The translations under genes were made by a program, and so were the position numbers. A stretch of DNA of 64,000 nucleotides from positions 36 to 64,035 of the forward strand of contig CAZPDM010000005.1 in the NCBI GenBank assembly GCA_964585305.1, read 5' to 3'. Source of the DNA: an uncultured Planctomycetota bacterium (GTDB taxonomy: Bacteria > Planctomycetota > Uabimicrobiia > Uabimicrobiales > JABWCH01). The notes beneath the pieces are model-generated. The model searched no databases and was not told where the DNA came from. It saw only the letters and a list, made by a program, of their open reading frames with translations. Every line of letters begins with the position of its first letter. The stretch's first letter is position 1. Shown here piece after piece: positions 1-8,560 of this stretch.

Positions 1-53
1 ATTCTAGTAAAAATAAAAATTTGGCAAGTTTGCTAAATTTTTGGCGAAAATAT

Positions 54-81
54 AAAAAGCCGTACAATGACGGCTTTTTTT
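54..81. terminator. Rho-independent terminator-like hairpin downstream of the 111..2477 (-) gene
   Basis: AAAAAGCCGT-acaatg-ACGGCTTTTTTT. Core stem 58-63/70-75, flanked by an A-run and a T-run, so it is usable on either strand. Confidence 0.6.
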
Positions 82-110
82 AAATATGCTATAAATCTAA
101 TTTAATTTCG

Positions 111-2477
111 TTAGGTAGTTGATAAAACCTTGGCACAACGGAATCCTAAATAAGCAGCTTGGGTTGTTTGCAGCCAGCAACCGCGACTTGTAGCTTTAAT
201 ATGATTCGCAGAACTATTCCAAGCTCCTCCTCGTGCAACATGAGCTTCATTATTAAGAATACATACTGGATTTTCTCGCATACTTTGAATATAAAAATTC
301 CTATCATAATTATCTAAACACCATTCCCAAACATTTCCAGCAAGATTAAAACATCGATATGGAGATATTCCCAAACTATGACTAAAAACAGGAGATGCAG
401 CAACTATGTTATAGTTAAAATTTGCATGTTCAGATGTCGGAGACTGATCCCCCCAAGGGTATTTGCGTCCATCACTTCCTCGTGCAGCTTTTTCCCATTG
501 GGCTTCGCTTGGTAAAACTTTTCCCGCCCAAACTGAGTATGAATATGCATCCCACCAATCTACAAAAATTACAGGGCAATCTATACTGCCACTATATTGC
601 TGATATTGCTCCGTACCCCAATATTTGGGTGTATGATTTTTTTGTGGAGGTTCTTGAGGATGACATCGTGAATGATCATTTGTCGCACGAATATATTCTA
701 AAAATTGATTATATTGAGAATTTGTAACAGGATATTTATCTATCAAATAATGATTAAGAAACACTTCATGTACCGGACCTTCTTCATTATGCTCAGAAGA
801 ACCCATTATAAAATATCCACAAGGAATCAACACCATTTCGCTATCATCATATTGGCAATATACATTACTTTCATGCAAAATAAATTTTTCTGGTAAAATG
901 ATTGTATCACTTGCACTAAGCTTTATTTTTCGATTTGTAGGAATAATTTTAGACTCTAATTTCGTAGAAGCATATAAAATAACTGTATCATTTTTACTTC
1001 GATTTATTACTTCGGAAGATTTGGGAAATGCTTCTAAAAATTCCTTTGCATTAGAATATCTTTGATTAGGCTCTGAATTTGTTGCTTTTGCAAGAATAGG
1101 GATCAATACATCTGAAATTTTTTTATCACTAGCATATCCTACTGTTTTTCCTGTCCAAAGAAAGCAAAACAATATCCCAAGGGAATATACATCGCTTGCC
1201 ATAGTTGGAAGTGCGTCTGGAATTAACAATTCTGGAGCAACAAAGGCAATTTGACGCAATTCGCTCTTCTCTATTGGAATAGGCCATTGATCTTCCCAAG
1301 GACATACACCAAAATCAGTAATTTTAATATTCGGCGGCTGAATATAAATAGTTGAAGGAATCAAATTCCCATGAATAATGCCACGTTCATGAGAATAGGC
1401 CATAGCTTTAAGCAAATTAGACATTACTGAAATTGCTAAATCTGGAGTAAGAGTACCAGCAGAGCTAATAAATTCTTGTAAAGCCAGCCAATTGGTAGTT
1501 TCCTGAATGATAAACGGCCGTTGCGCCATCAATTGGCCAACTTCATAAACTGCTAAAATTCCATCATGTTTAAGAGCTACAGATTTTTCTATAAGATTAC
1601 AAATATTTGGAGATGGGCCTGTAAGAATTTTTATAGTAACTGGACGATTTTGGATTGTATCTTGTCCTTGAAAAATAGTTTGAATGCGGTTTTTATCGAT
1701 AGCTCTTAATATCTGATAACGATCATGCGGGACTAATGATAATTCCGGAGCATTTTGAATGGCTGTCAAATATCCTTGTACTGCAACTTCAAATTCTCTA
1801 GCAGTTAAAGCTAAAATAAAATAATTATAATAAATGAGAGATCCGGTAATTCCTGCTTCAATTGCAGTTACAAGATATTGTGAAGCTGTCTCAAATTTAC
1901 GAATGCTGTATAAGTGATGGCATAAAGCTAGAACTACTTGTTGTCTTTCGCTGCTAGGAAGCTGATTTAAATTCCATCCCGTAAGCAAATCTTCAATTTG
2001 CTGAACTAATGAAATTTCTGCATTTGATATGACAGCAGTTATATTCTCTTCACATAATGGAGTATTTAAATCTATATTTCTTGTTTTCAAAGTCTCATTC
2101 AAATGATAGAGCAATAAATCAAGTTGCCCAATTTTTCCCGGAACTTCGTAACCAAGCTCTAATAAAATTTTAACAATTTTTTGCCGAATAGCACTTAATT
2201 GGTAGGAAAAATCTATATTTTGATGCTCAAGGCTGATAAGACATTCTTCCAATTGAGCAATATCTGAAGAAAGAGTTTGAATTTGTTGTAATAAATATTC
2301 TTCTTGAAGAATTGTTTGAATAATTTGCTCAAGAAGAGATTCTGCATTACGATCGGCCATTTCTAAATTTGCAACAGACCAATCAAAACCAAGATAATGC
2401 CCAAGAACTTTTAATAAAGTAGTAATTGTTTGGACATCATATCCACTATTTTGGATAATGCTAATAATTCTAGACAT
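111..2477 (-). CDS. Helical N-terminal region + degenerate protein-kinase-like domain + C-terminal FGE-sulfatase (SUMF1-like) domain
   Basis: The kinase-like core keeps VTIK, DFG and APE. It has HGNLIPS where HRDLKPS is expected and no GxGxxG loop. The C-terminus carries FGE-family motifs (YFIMGSSE..., YPVTNSQY, GNVWEWCLD, RGGAW, LGFRCA). GGAGG lies 5-9 nt upstream of the ATG. Confidence 0.8.
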   Translation of the reverse strand: MSRIISIIQNSGYDVQTITTLLKVLGHYLGFDWSVANLEMADRNAESLLEQIIQTILQEEYLLQQIQTLSSDIAQLEECLISLEHQNIDFSYQLSAIRQKIVKILLELGYEVPGKIGQLDLLLYHLNETLKTRNIDLNTPLCEENITAVISNAEISLVQQIEDLLTGWNLNQLPSSERQQVVLALCHHLYSIRKFETASQYLVTAIEAGITGSLIYYNYFILALTAREFEVAVQGYLTAIQNAPELSLVPHDRYQILRAIDKNRIQTIFQGQDTIQNRPVTIKILTGPSPNICNLIEKSVALKHDGILAVYEVGQLMAQRPFIIQETTNWLALQEFISSAGTLTPDLAISVMSNLLKAMAYSHERGIIHGNLIPSTIYIQPPNIKITDFGVCPWEDQWPIPIEKSELRQIAFVAPELLIPDALPTMASDVYSLGILFCFLWTGKTVGYASDKKISDVLIPILAKATNSEPNQRYSNAKEFLEAFPKSSEVINRSKNDTVILYASTKLESKIIPTNRKIKLSASDTIILPEKFILHESNVYCQYDDSEMVLIPCGYFIMGSSEHNEEGPVHEVFLNHYLIDKYPVTNSQYNQFLEYIRATNDHSRCHPQEPPQKNHTPKYWGTEQYQQYSGSIDCPVIFVDWWDAYSYSVWAGKVLPSEAQWEKAARGSDGRKYPWGDQSPTSEHANFNYNIVAASPVFSHSLGISPYRCFNLAGNVWEWCLDNYDRNFYIQSMRENPVCILNNEAHVARGGAWNSSANHIKATSRGCWLQTTQAAYLGFRCAKVLSTT

Positions 2478-2485
2478 ACTACCTC

Positions 2486-2632
2486 CTAAGATTTGGGAGG
2501 TTGTGAATTACTTTGGGCTGGAATAGGGATAGATATAATAGCATGACATTCTAAACATTGTAATTTTTTACCAATATATTTATTTGGAACAGAGATATAT
2601 TTCCCACAATTACATTTAAAAATTACTGGCAT
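2486..2632 (-). CDS. 48-aa zinc-ribbon microprotein (absent from the supplied ORF track)
   Basis: Hand translation: MPVIFKCNCGKYISVPNKYIGKKLQCLECHAIISIPIPAQSNSQPPKS. It has CxC...CxxC. The stop lies 8 nt before the start of the downstream gene, and the spacer holds that gene's GGAGG. Clear paralog of the ORF at 51235..51402. Confidence 0.6.
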   Translation of the reverse strand: MPVIFKCNCGKYISVPNKYIGKKLQCLECHAIISIPIPAQSNSQPPKS

Positions 2633-2810
2633 AGACTTCTCCTTCTAAAATTTAGTTAAATAAATGATTATTATTTAGATTTTACGTATAAGCATCAGAA
2701 AAAGCAATAGATAGTTAAAATTTAATAAAATTATCTTGAATATCCAAGCAAATTTTTTTATACTTAACAAAGGAAAGTACTAGACAATTTCAAATTTATA
2801 AGGAGTTTTT

Positions 2811-3371
2811 ATGACAAAAATATTTTTTCTTACACTTATATTATGTCTTCCATTTGTTTATAGTGCGCCAGTATTCTTTAACCAGGGTGTTGGAGCTAAC
2901 TTTCATGGATATGAACTTATTTCAGGAAGCACCTGGACATGGACACAAGCCAGAGATGCTGCCGCTGCAAGAACAATTGTTGTAGATGGAGTAACATATA
3001 CTGGCCATCTAGTTACTATTACTTCTGCAGCAGAAAATGAATTCATTCGTACAAATTTTAGTTGTACAATGAATCCCTGGATTGGTGCATACCAATATGA
3101 TAAGGCAGTAGAACCAGCAGGCCATTGGCGTTGGGTAACAGATGAAGTTTGGAGTTATACAAATTGGAATAGTGGAGAGCCTAATAATTCAGGTGGGGCT
3201 GAAGAATATGCCCAATTTTATAATACTGGATTTTGGAACGATCTGGCGAATAATGGACTTAGTGGATATATAGTAGAATATGATGTTGTTGCTCCCGAGC
3301 CAAATACATTAGGTTTATTATTAGTAGTATTTACAGGAATTTGGCTGCGACTGAAAACAAAAAAAAACTAG
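2811..3371 (+). CDS. Secreted C-type lectin domain protein with a PEP-CTERM sorting tail
   Basis: Signal peptide MTKIFFLTLILCLPFVYSA. CTLD motifs: WIGAYQ, WRWV, and NWNSGEPNN...FWNDL (EPN + WND Ca/sugar-site motifs). The C-terminus is VAPEPNTLGLLLVVFTGIWLRLKTKKN, i.e. PEP + TM + basic tail. Confidence 0.8.
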   Translation: MTKIFFLTLILCLPFVYSAPVFFNQGVGANFHGYELISGSTWTWTQARDAAAARTIVVDGVTYTGHLVTITSAAENEFIRTNFSCTMNPWIGAYQYDKAVEPAGHWRWVTDEVWSYTNWNSGEPNNSGGAEEYAQFYNTGFWNDLANNGLSGYIVEYDVVAPEPNTLGLLLVVFTGIWLRLKTKKN

Positions 3372-3406
3372 AATATATAAATTAACTAGTTTAACATTAA
3401 AATTTT

Positions 3407-3436
3407 CCCGGCCAAGAGAATTTGCCGGGTTTTTTT
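3407..3436 (+). terminator. Intrinsic terminator after the lectin gene
   Basis: CCCGGC-caagagaattt-GCCGGG followed by T7. Confidence 0.7.
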
Positions 3437-3473
3437 GTTAAAAAAAGCATTTTAAAAATTTTAAGGGAAAAAT

Positions 3474-6400
3474 ATGGCCTATCAAATTGTAAAAATATTA
3501 GGCGAAGGCGGGATGGGAAAAGTCTATCAAGCAACAGATCCAGCACTCAATCGTACTGTTGCAATAAAAGCATTTCATGATAATATCATTCCGAATGCTA
3601 AAGCTGTCAAGCGTTTTATGAGAGAAAGCCAAATTTCAGCAAGTTTGGATCATCCCAATATTGTTAAAGTATACCAATTTGTAGTTGAAAATAATCGTCC
3701 ACTTTTAATCATGGAATACGTAGAAGGGATGCCCTTTTTTCAATATATTGAAAATCAAAAACTTAATTTAGAACAAAGCCTTGAAATCTTTGAAAAAATT
3801 GTTGAAGCTGTACATTATGCTCATCGAAAGCAAATTATTCATCGAGATATAAAACCATCAAATATTATGGTACGTACAAATGGAGAACCAATACTGATGG
3901 ATTTTGGAATCGCTAAAGCTGCACAAATTGAAGATTTAACTCGAACAGGTGAAATCATGGGAACGGTGCAGTATATGGCTCCCGAGCAGGCTTCAGGGCT
4001 TCGGCATGAGATGGATCATCGGGTAGATATTTATAGCTTAGGAGCAGTATTATATGAAATACTTACAGAAAAAACTGCTATCTCTTCTACAACTTTAACT
4101 GAAATGCTATTTGAAATAGGGGCAAAAGAAATTATTTTGCCACGGCAACACAATTCTAATATTTCAGAAGATATAGAACAAATTTGTATGAAAGCTCTTT
4201 GTAAAAATAAAGAACATCGTTACGAAACAGCTAAAGCTTTTGCTGAAGACATAAGAAATTATCGACAAGGAAAAAAAATTAAAGCATCTGGATTTATTCA
4301 AAAACAACAATGGAGAAAACGGTTCTCTATCCTAGGAATTATTTTTACAATTTTATTAGTAGGAATCGGAATTTTGTGGAGTTATCAAAATCTTAATAAT
4401 TCTCAAGCTGCACCTCAAACAAGTACTGCAAAAAAAATTGAGGAAGCATTAAATAATTCTCAAAAATTTTATGAACAAAAAGAATTTGCTCAAGGATATT
4501 TTTATTTAGAAGACTTTGCCAATGCAATTAGCAATGATAAAAATCATTACGATACTGAGAGAGAAAAATTAGAACCTCATCTAAAAAAATTTTTAACCGA
4601 GACATACACATTGGTACAAATTTATACATTAGCAAACTCTAACGAACAATTAGAATATCAAGCTAAACTTGAAGACATAGGAAAAAAATTTGGTTTAGAA
4701 GAATATATAAAAAATAATTTTTGGATAGGTTCTGAGGAAAATTTAAAACAAAAATTAACAAACTTTGCAACAAAATTTGCAGAGACGAAACAATGGCCTA
4801 AGATATGCTTTTATGAAGCCAAAAATGATTATGGATTTATGAGATATACTTTAGCTACACAAAAATTTCAAGATCTAGAATCATATTATTCTACATATCA
4901 AGGAGAATATCCTCTTCAAAAAATATTATGGGAATACTCAAAACTTTTGTTAACTTATAATCTTGGTTTATGCTACTTTCAACAAAAAAAATTCTCAGAA
5001 GCCGAAGAAAAATTTTCTAAAATCGAAAAAGAATGGAATAATAATATTTTCTTAGTTTTCATACAAAAACAAAAAGAAATTTTACAAAAAGAAAAGAAAA
5101 TAGAACAAAATCTATCTATGGATAGATTCTATGCAAATACTTTAGTATATTTAGGAACAAGCAAACTAGCTAATAATCTTTATTCTGAAGATTTTACTAA
5201 AAATACAACAACTGGAGAAAGCCAACAAAAATTAGTAGAGTCAATTGAAAGTATTCTAAATACTTTGCAACAAGAAAAATATATAAATGCAATTTCTCAA
5301 TATTCTGAAGAATGGGCATTATTACAAGAAATGAAAGCTAGAATGTCTATATGGAAAGCACCTCAAACAATTGAAAAAATAAATAATGCAATATCTATTA
5401 TTAATGGTTGCTTAGAAAAAAATCCCATGAGATTTTCTTGCTATTTAATTCGTGGTAGTGCTTATTTAGAGCTAAAACAATACGAAAGGGCTTTAGACGA
5501 TTTTGAATATGCACATCAACTAAATCCTGTACAAATAGAATCTACATCAAAATTATTACTTATTCTTCCATATTATCAAGCACCTAAATATGATGATATA
5601 GAAAATATTATTGGAGTTTTAAGCCGTTGGTGGCTAAGAATGAATATGAATGTTGTAGATATTTGGGAAGAAGATATTAGCAAAATACGTTCATATTACA
5701 GAACAAAATGGCAAGAACAAGAAACAATAGCTACATCTGCAAAAGATGCTGAAAAATTTTATCAATACTTATTTGCTTCAGAGTCTTTAGCAAATTTAGC
5801 ACAAAACTCTTTTCTAGCAATGCAACCCTATTCAGATACATTAAATTTTTTAGATAATAAAAAGAAAGAATTAGAAGAATCTCTTAATAACACTAAAGAT
5901 GAACAATCGAATAAAAAAATCCAAAAACAAATCAATACGATTCTTCGCTTAAAAGAAGATATTGAACAAAAGAAATTGGAAAAAACTAATAGCCAAACAC
6001 TATATTTATTGAGCAGTATTACTTATCAAAAAAGACCTTCAAATGAAATTTTAGAGGTATTTAGTCAAGTAGAACGACTACGTGTTCTTCATAATCTTAT
6101 TTTTAGCTTAGAATGTAAAACAAGAGAAGAATGTATCAAATTTTACCTAGCCGCAAGAATCCTAGCTCAATTACAAATACCAATACCTCAAGAAATCAAT
6201 CATAAAAAACCTACCAAAAAATATTATCGAATGCTTTTAGTAGATTTAATCCAAAATGAATTAAAATATCAGGAAACAAAAAAAATCATTATACTTCGTG
6301 TGCTACAAGAGATTGGCTATTTCGATGTAGGAAATCAAGATTTTATCTGTAAATTTGTTCAGAAAAAAAATGATGTATTTATAGAAATATTATCTCTTCC

Positions 6401-8510
6401 TCTTTTAACAGCCTGTCTGAATAGCAATAAAAATATTTTCTTATTTTTTCAACAATCTGATCCTTTAACACAATTATATATTGTTCATTCTCGCCCTTCA
6501 TTTGTTAATGATTATATTTCAGTAGAGAATAGAAAAGAATTTTGGGATATCGCAGCTCAAACTTGGAAAAAAAGTTTCACATCTTCTGACGATCGGCAAA
6601 AAATGCTTGCGATTTTAACAACTAAACATGAAGAAATAAGAAAACGTTATTCTCAAGAAATTTTAGAACACTTAGATTCTTTTTTCTTTAATAAAAATTA
6701 TATCTTACAGAAATCTGTTATTGCTTTATGTACAGAAACTCCAGATGTAAGAAATATAGCATTAGAAAATGTCAAAAATAACTTACATAAACTTTTAGAA
6801 GATACTGGAGAAAATTTAGAAATTAAAATGATGGCAACAATTTGCTTACTGCAAATGGCAGACGAAAAATTGCTCAAAAAACTAGAAACGACCAAAACAA
6901 GCCTTTTTGAAAAGATTGCATTTCTTTATGTTTTACCACGTATGGAAAGCAAAAATTTTGCCAATTTAGTCATGATGAGCAAAAGCCTATGTGAAAATGC
7001 ACTACACGAAGAAAATTCCGAAGGAAAAGGATTGATATTAGGGATATTCAGCCATTTCTTTTATACTATTGTCAGTCGTATTCCTAATGCCATGCAAGCT
7101 AATGCATTCAAAATGTTTATTGAAACTTCAATCATTACCTGTCTTAATAGCAATGATATTGATTTAATTTTCTGGGGTCTTATGTCCACAACAAAAATTG
7201 ATAATCTTTCAAAAAAAGTATGGGGAATAATTCTAGAAAAATTATCACTGAAAAACGATATGTATTATGGATATTTAGGAGCACTAATAAATATTGCGGC
7301 AAGAGATCCTAAAAATACTGAACTTAATGATATAAGAATTAAATACCAAAATATAGTAGATGATTTAATTAAAAATCCACAAAATCATCAACAAGAACTA
7401 TTAAAATTTTCCTGGTTTTATAAACAATTGCTAAGAAATAACAAAATTGAAATGCCTATAAACTATGAGATGTTAAACAAAGATAGCGATATTGCTTTAG
7501 AAAAAAATGTTCGTAATATATTAGAATCTACTATTTTTAACCCAGCTATGCTAAAACAAGCAGAAGAAGCACTACAAACTATCATCAAAATTGGTAATAC
7601 AGTTAAAAGCATAGAAAACAATTCTTATGAACGGTATTATTTTTTAAGATATTTAAAGAATTCTGCATGCATTCAACAATTCAAAGGAAACTATCAAGAA
7701 GCTCTTAATATCTTAGAAAAAACAATTTATAAAGAACAAGAACTTTATATGATTGATGCCGAAATTGCTCACTATTGGTTAAGAATTAAATTATCAAGCC
7801 CAGAATTAGCCAATTATCCAGATATAGAGAACGAGCCTAGCATAAGAAAATTTTGGGGCGAAAATTGGCAAAATAAAGAAATTCAAAATTGCCGACATGA
7901 AAGTTTATACTTATGTATGAAAGCCTTATTGCAACGTAAAAAAAAGAATTTTGAATCTGCTTTGGATACCCTATATGAAGCCTATATTCTTTGTCCAGAA
8001 GATCCCCAAATACCATCTGATATGATGGAAATATTTCTTAAAGAAAGAAAAGATGTTGTAAATCATCGCGATTTAAACAACGCTAATAATTTAATATATA
8101 CGATATTCCAACATATCAGCTATAAAGAAGATTTACGTTGGTATCATGCAAAAATATATTGCCTTCAAAAAAATTATCAAGAAGCTTTTAAAATTTTTGC
8201 AGAACGAATTTTAGATAGAGACAATAGCTATAAAATTACTCCAAATGATATTGAATTTCTACAATTTCCTAAAGAAAGCTTAATTGGTCTATATTTTTTA
8301 ATTGCACATAAAAATTTGGAAAGAAGAAATTATTATAATGCTGGATATTGGCTAGAAAAAGCATTCCAAGAAGGATTGATTATTGAAGAAAATAATCCTT
8401 CATTTTATCAAGAGTCTAAAAATATAGAAAAAAATAAGTCAAAAATTATTGAACAATATCCTAAATTTAAAAAAATTTGGACAGAAATGTATAAATCCAA
8501 AAAGAAATAA
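3474..8510 (+). CDS. Membrane Ser/Thr protein kinase, paralog 1 (Hanks kinase + 1 TM + ~1,370-aa helical/TPR-like region)
   Basis: Kinase motifs: GEGGMGKVY, VAIK, HRDIKPSN, DFG, APE. TM segment FSILGIIFTILLVGIGILW. One TPR-like unit: CYLIRGSAYLELKQYERALDDFEYAHQLNP. Confidence 0.9.
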   Translation: MAYQIVKILGEGGMGKVYQATDPALNRTVAIKAFHDNIIPNAKAVKRFMRESQISASLDHPNIVKVYQFVVENNRPLLIMEYVEGMPFFQYIENQKLNLEQSLEIFEKIVEAVHYAHRKQIIHRDIKPSNIMVRTNGEPILMDFGIAKAAQIEDLTRTGEIMGTVQYMAPEQASGLRHEMDHRVDIYSLGAVLYEILTEKTAISSTTLTEMLFEIGAKEIILPRQHNSNISEDIEQICMKALCKNKEHRYETAKAFAEDIRNYRQGKKIKASGFIQKQQWRKRFSILGIIFTILLVGIGILWSYQNLNNSQAAPQTSTAKKIEEALNNSQKFYEQKEFAQGYFYLEDFANAISNDKNHYDTEREKLEPHLKKFLTETYTLVQIYTLANSNEQLEYQAKLEDIGKKFGLEEYIKNNFWIGSEENLKQKLTNFATKFAETKQWPKICFYEAKNDYGFMRYTLATQKFQDLESYYSTYQGEYPLQKILWEYSKLLLTYNLGLCYFQQKKFSEAEEKFSKIEKEWNNNIFLVFIQKQKEILQKEKKIEQNLSMDRFYANTLVYLGTSKLANNLYSEDFTKNTTTGESQQKLVESIESILNTLQQEKYINAISQYSEEWALLQEMKARMSIWKAPQTIEKINNAISIINGCLEKNPMRFSCYLIRGSAYLELKQYERALDDFEYAHQLNPVQIESTSKLLLILPYYQAPKYDDIENIIGVLSRWWLRMNMNVVDIWEEDISKIRSYYRTKWQEQETIATSAKDAEKFYQYLFASESLANLAQNSFLAMQPYSDTLNFLDNKKKELEESLNNTKDEQSNKKIQKQINTILRLKEDIEQKKLEKTNSQTLYLLSSITYQKRPSNEILEVFSQVERLRVLHNLIFSLECKTREECIKFYLAARILAQLQIPIPQEINHKKPTKKYYRMLLVDLIQNELKYQETKKIIILRVLQEIGYFDVGNQDFICKFVQKKNDVFIEILSLPLLTACLNSNKNIFLFFQQSDPLTQLYIVHSRPSFVNDYISVENRKEFWDIAAQTWKKSFTSSDDRQKMLAILTTKHEEIRKRYSQEILEHLDSFFFNKNYILQKSVIALCTETPDVRNIALENVKNNLHKLLEDTGENLEIKMMATICLLQMADEKLLKKLETTKTSLFEKIAFLYVLPRMESKNFANLVMMSKSLCENALHEENSEGKGLILGIFSHFFYTIVSRIPNAMQANAFKMFIETSIITCLNSNDIDLIFWGLMSTTKIDNLSKKVWGIILEKLSLKNDMYYGYLGALINIAARDPKNTELNDIRIKYQNIVDDLIKNPQNHQQELLKFSWFYKQLLRNNKIEMPINYEMLNKDSDIALEKNVRNILESTIFNPAMLKQAEEALQTIIKIGNTVKSIENNSYERYYFLRYLKNSACIQQFKGNYQEALNILEKTIYKEQELYMIDAEIAHYWLRIKLSSPELANYPDIENEPSIRKFWGENWQNKEIQNCRHESLYLCMKALLQRKKKNFESALDTLYEAYILCPEDPQIPSDMMEIFLKERKDVVNHRDLNNANNLIYTIFQHISYKEDLRWYHAKIYCLQKNYQEAFKIFAERILDRDNSYKITPNDIEFLQFPKESLIGLYFLIAHKNLERRNYYNAGYWLEKAFQEGLIIEENNPSFYQESKNIEKNKSKIIEQYPKFKKIWTEMYKSKKK

Positions 8511-8518
8511 AAAATAAT

Positions 8519-8539
8519 GGGTACGAGGTTTTCGTACCC
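8519..8539 (+). other. Intergenic stem-loop between kinase paralogs 1 and 2
   Basis: GGGTACGA-ggttt-TCGTACCC (8-bp perfect stem). No U-tract follows. It ends 21 nt before ATG 8561. Confidence 0.6.
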
Positions 8540-8560
8540 ATGAAAGGATTAGTATCAATC

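Noticed and set aside
111-330. Diversity-generating retroelement (DGR) target. The FGE/C-type-lectin fold C-terminus (GGAWNSSANHIKATSRGCWLQTTQAAYLGFRCA) sits where DGR variable regions normally lie, and kinase-CLec fusions are known DGR targets.
   Set aside because: I recognised no reverse transcriptase and no template-repeat copy of this segment anywhere in the window. Only 110 nt lie downstream of the gene before the window edge, and they contain an ordinary terminator. The idea needs sequence to the left of the window: an RT gene plus a ~100-150-bp repeat differing at adenines.
422-896. ORF-track entries lying antisense or out of frame inside long, well-supported genes. Examples: 422..727, 705..896, 6698..6895, 9858..10055, 11136..11382, 12556..12795, 16647..18342 (set), 20414..21185 (set), 24376..24591, 25582..25887, 26220..26831, 27184..27693, 29656..29988, 33485..33706, 34756..34938, 35266..35454, 35988..36737, 37239..37433, 41045..41769, 44029..44271, 46592..46786, 53428..56516 (set), 56621..57092, 58440..58713, 59866..61490 (set), 61992..62180, 63296..63502.
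   Set aside because: They are low-complexity, AT-rich translations (Phe/Ile/Leu/Lys/Asn-rich) with no motifs, fully overlapped by genes with strong family signatures. This is typical of chance ORFs in an AT-rich genome.
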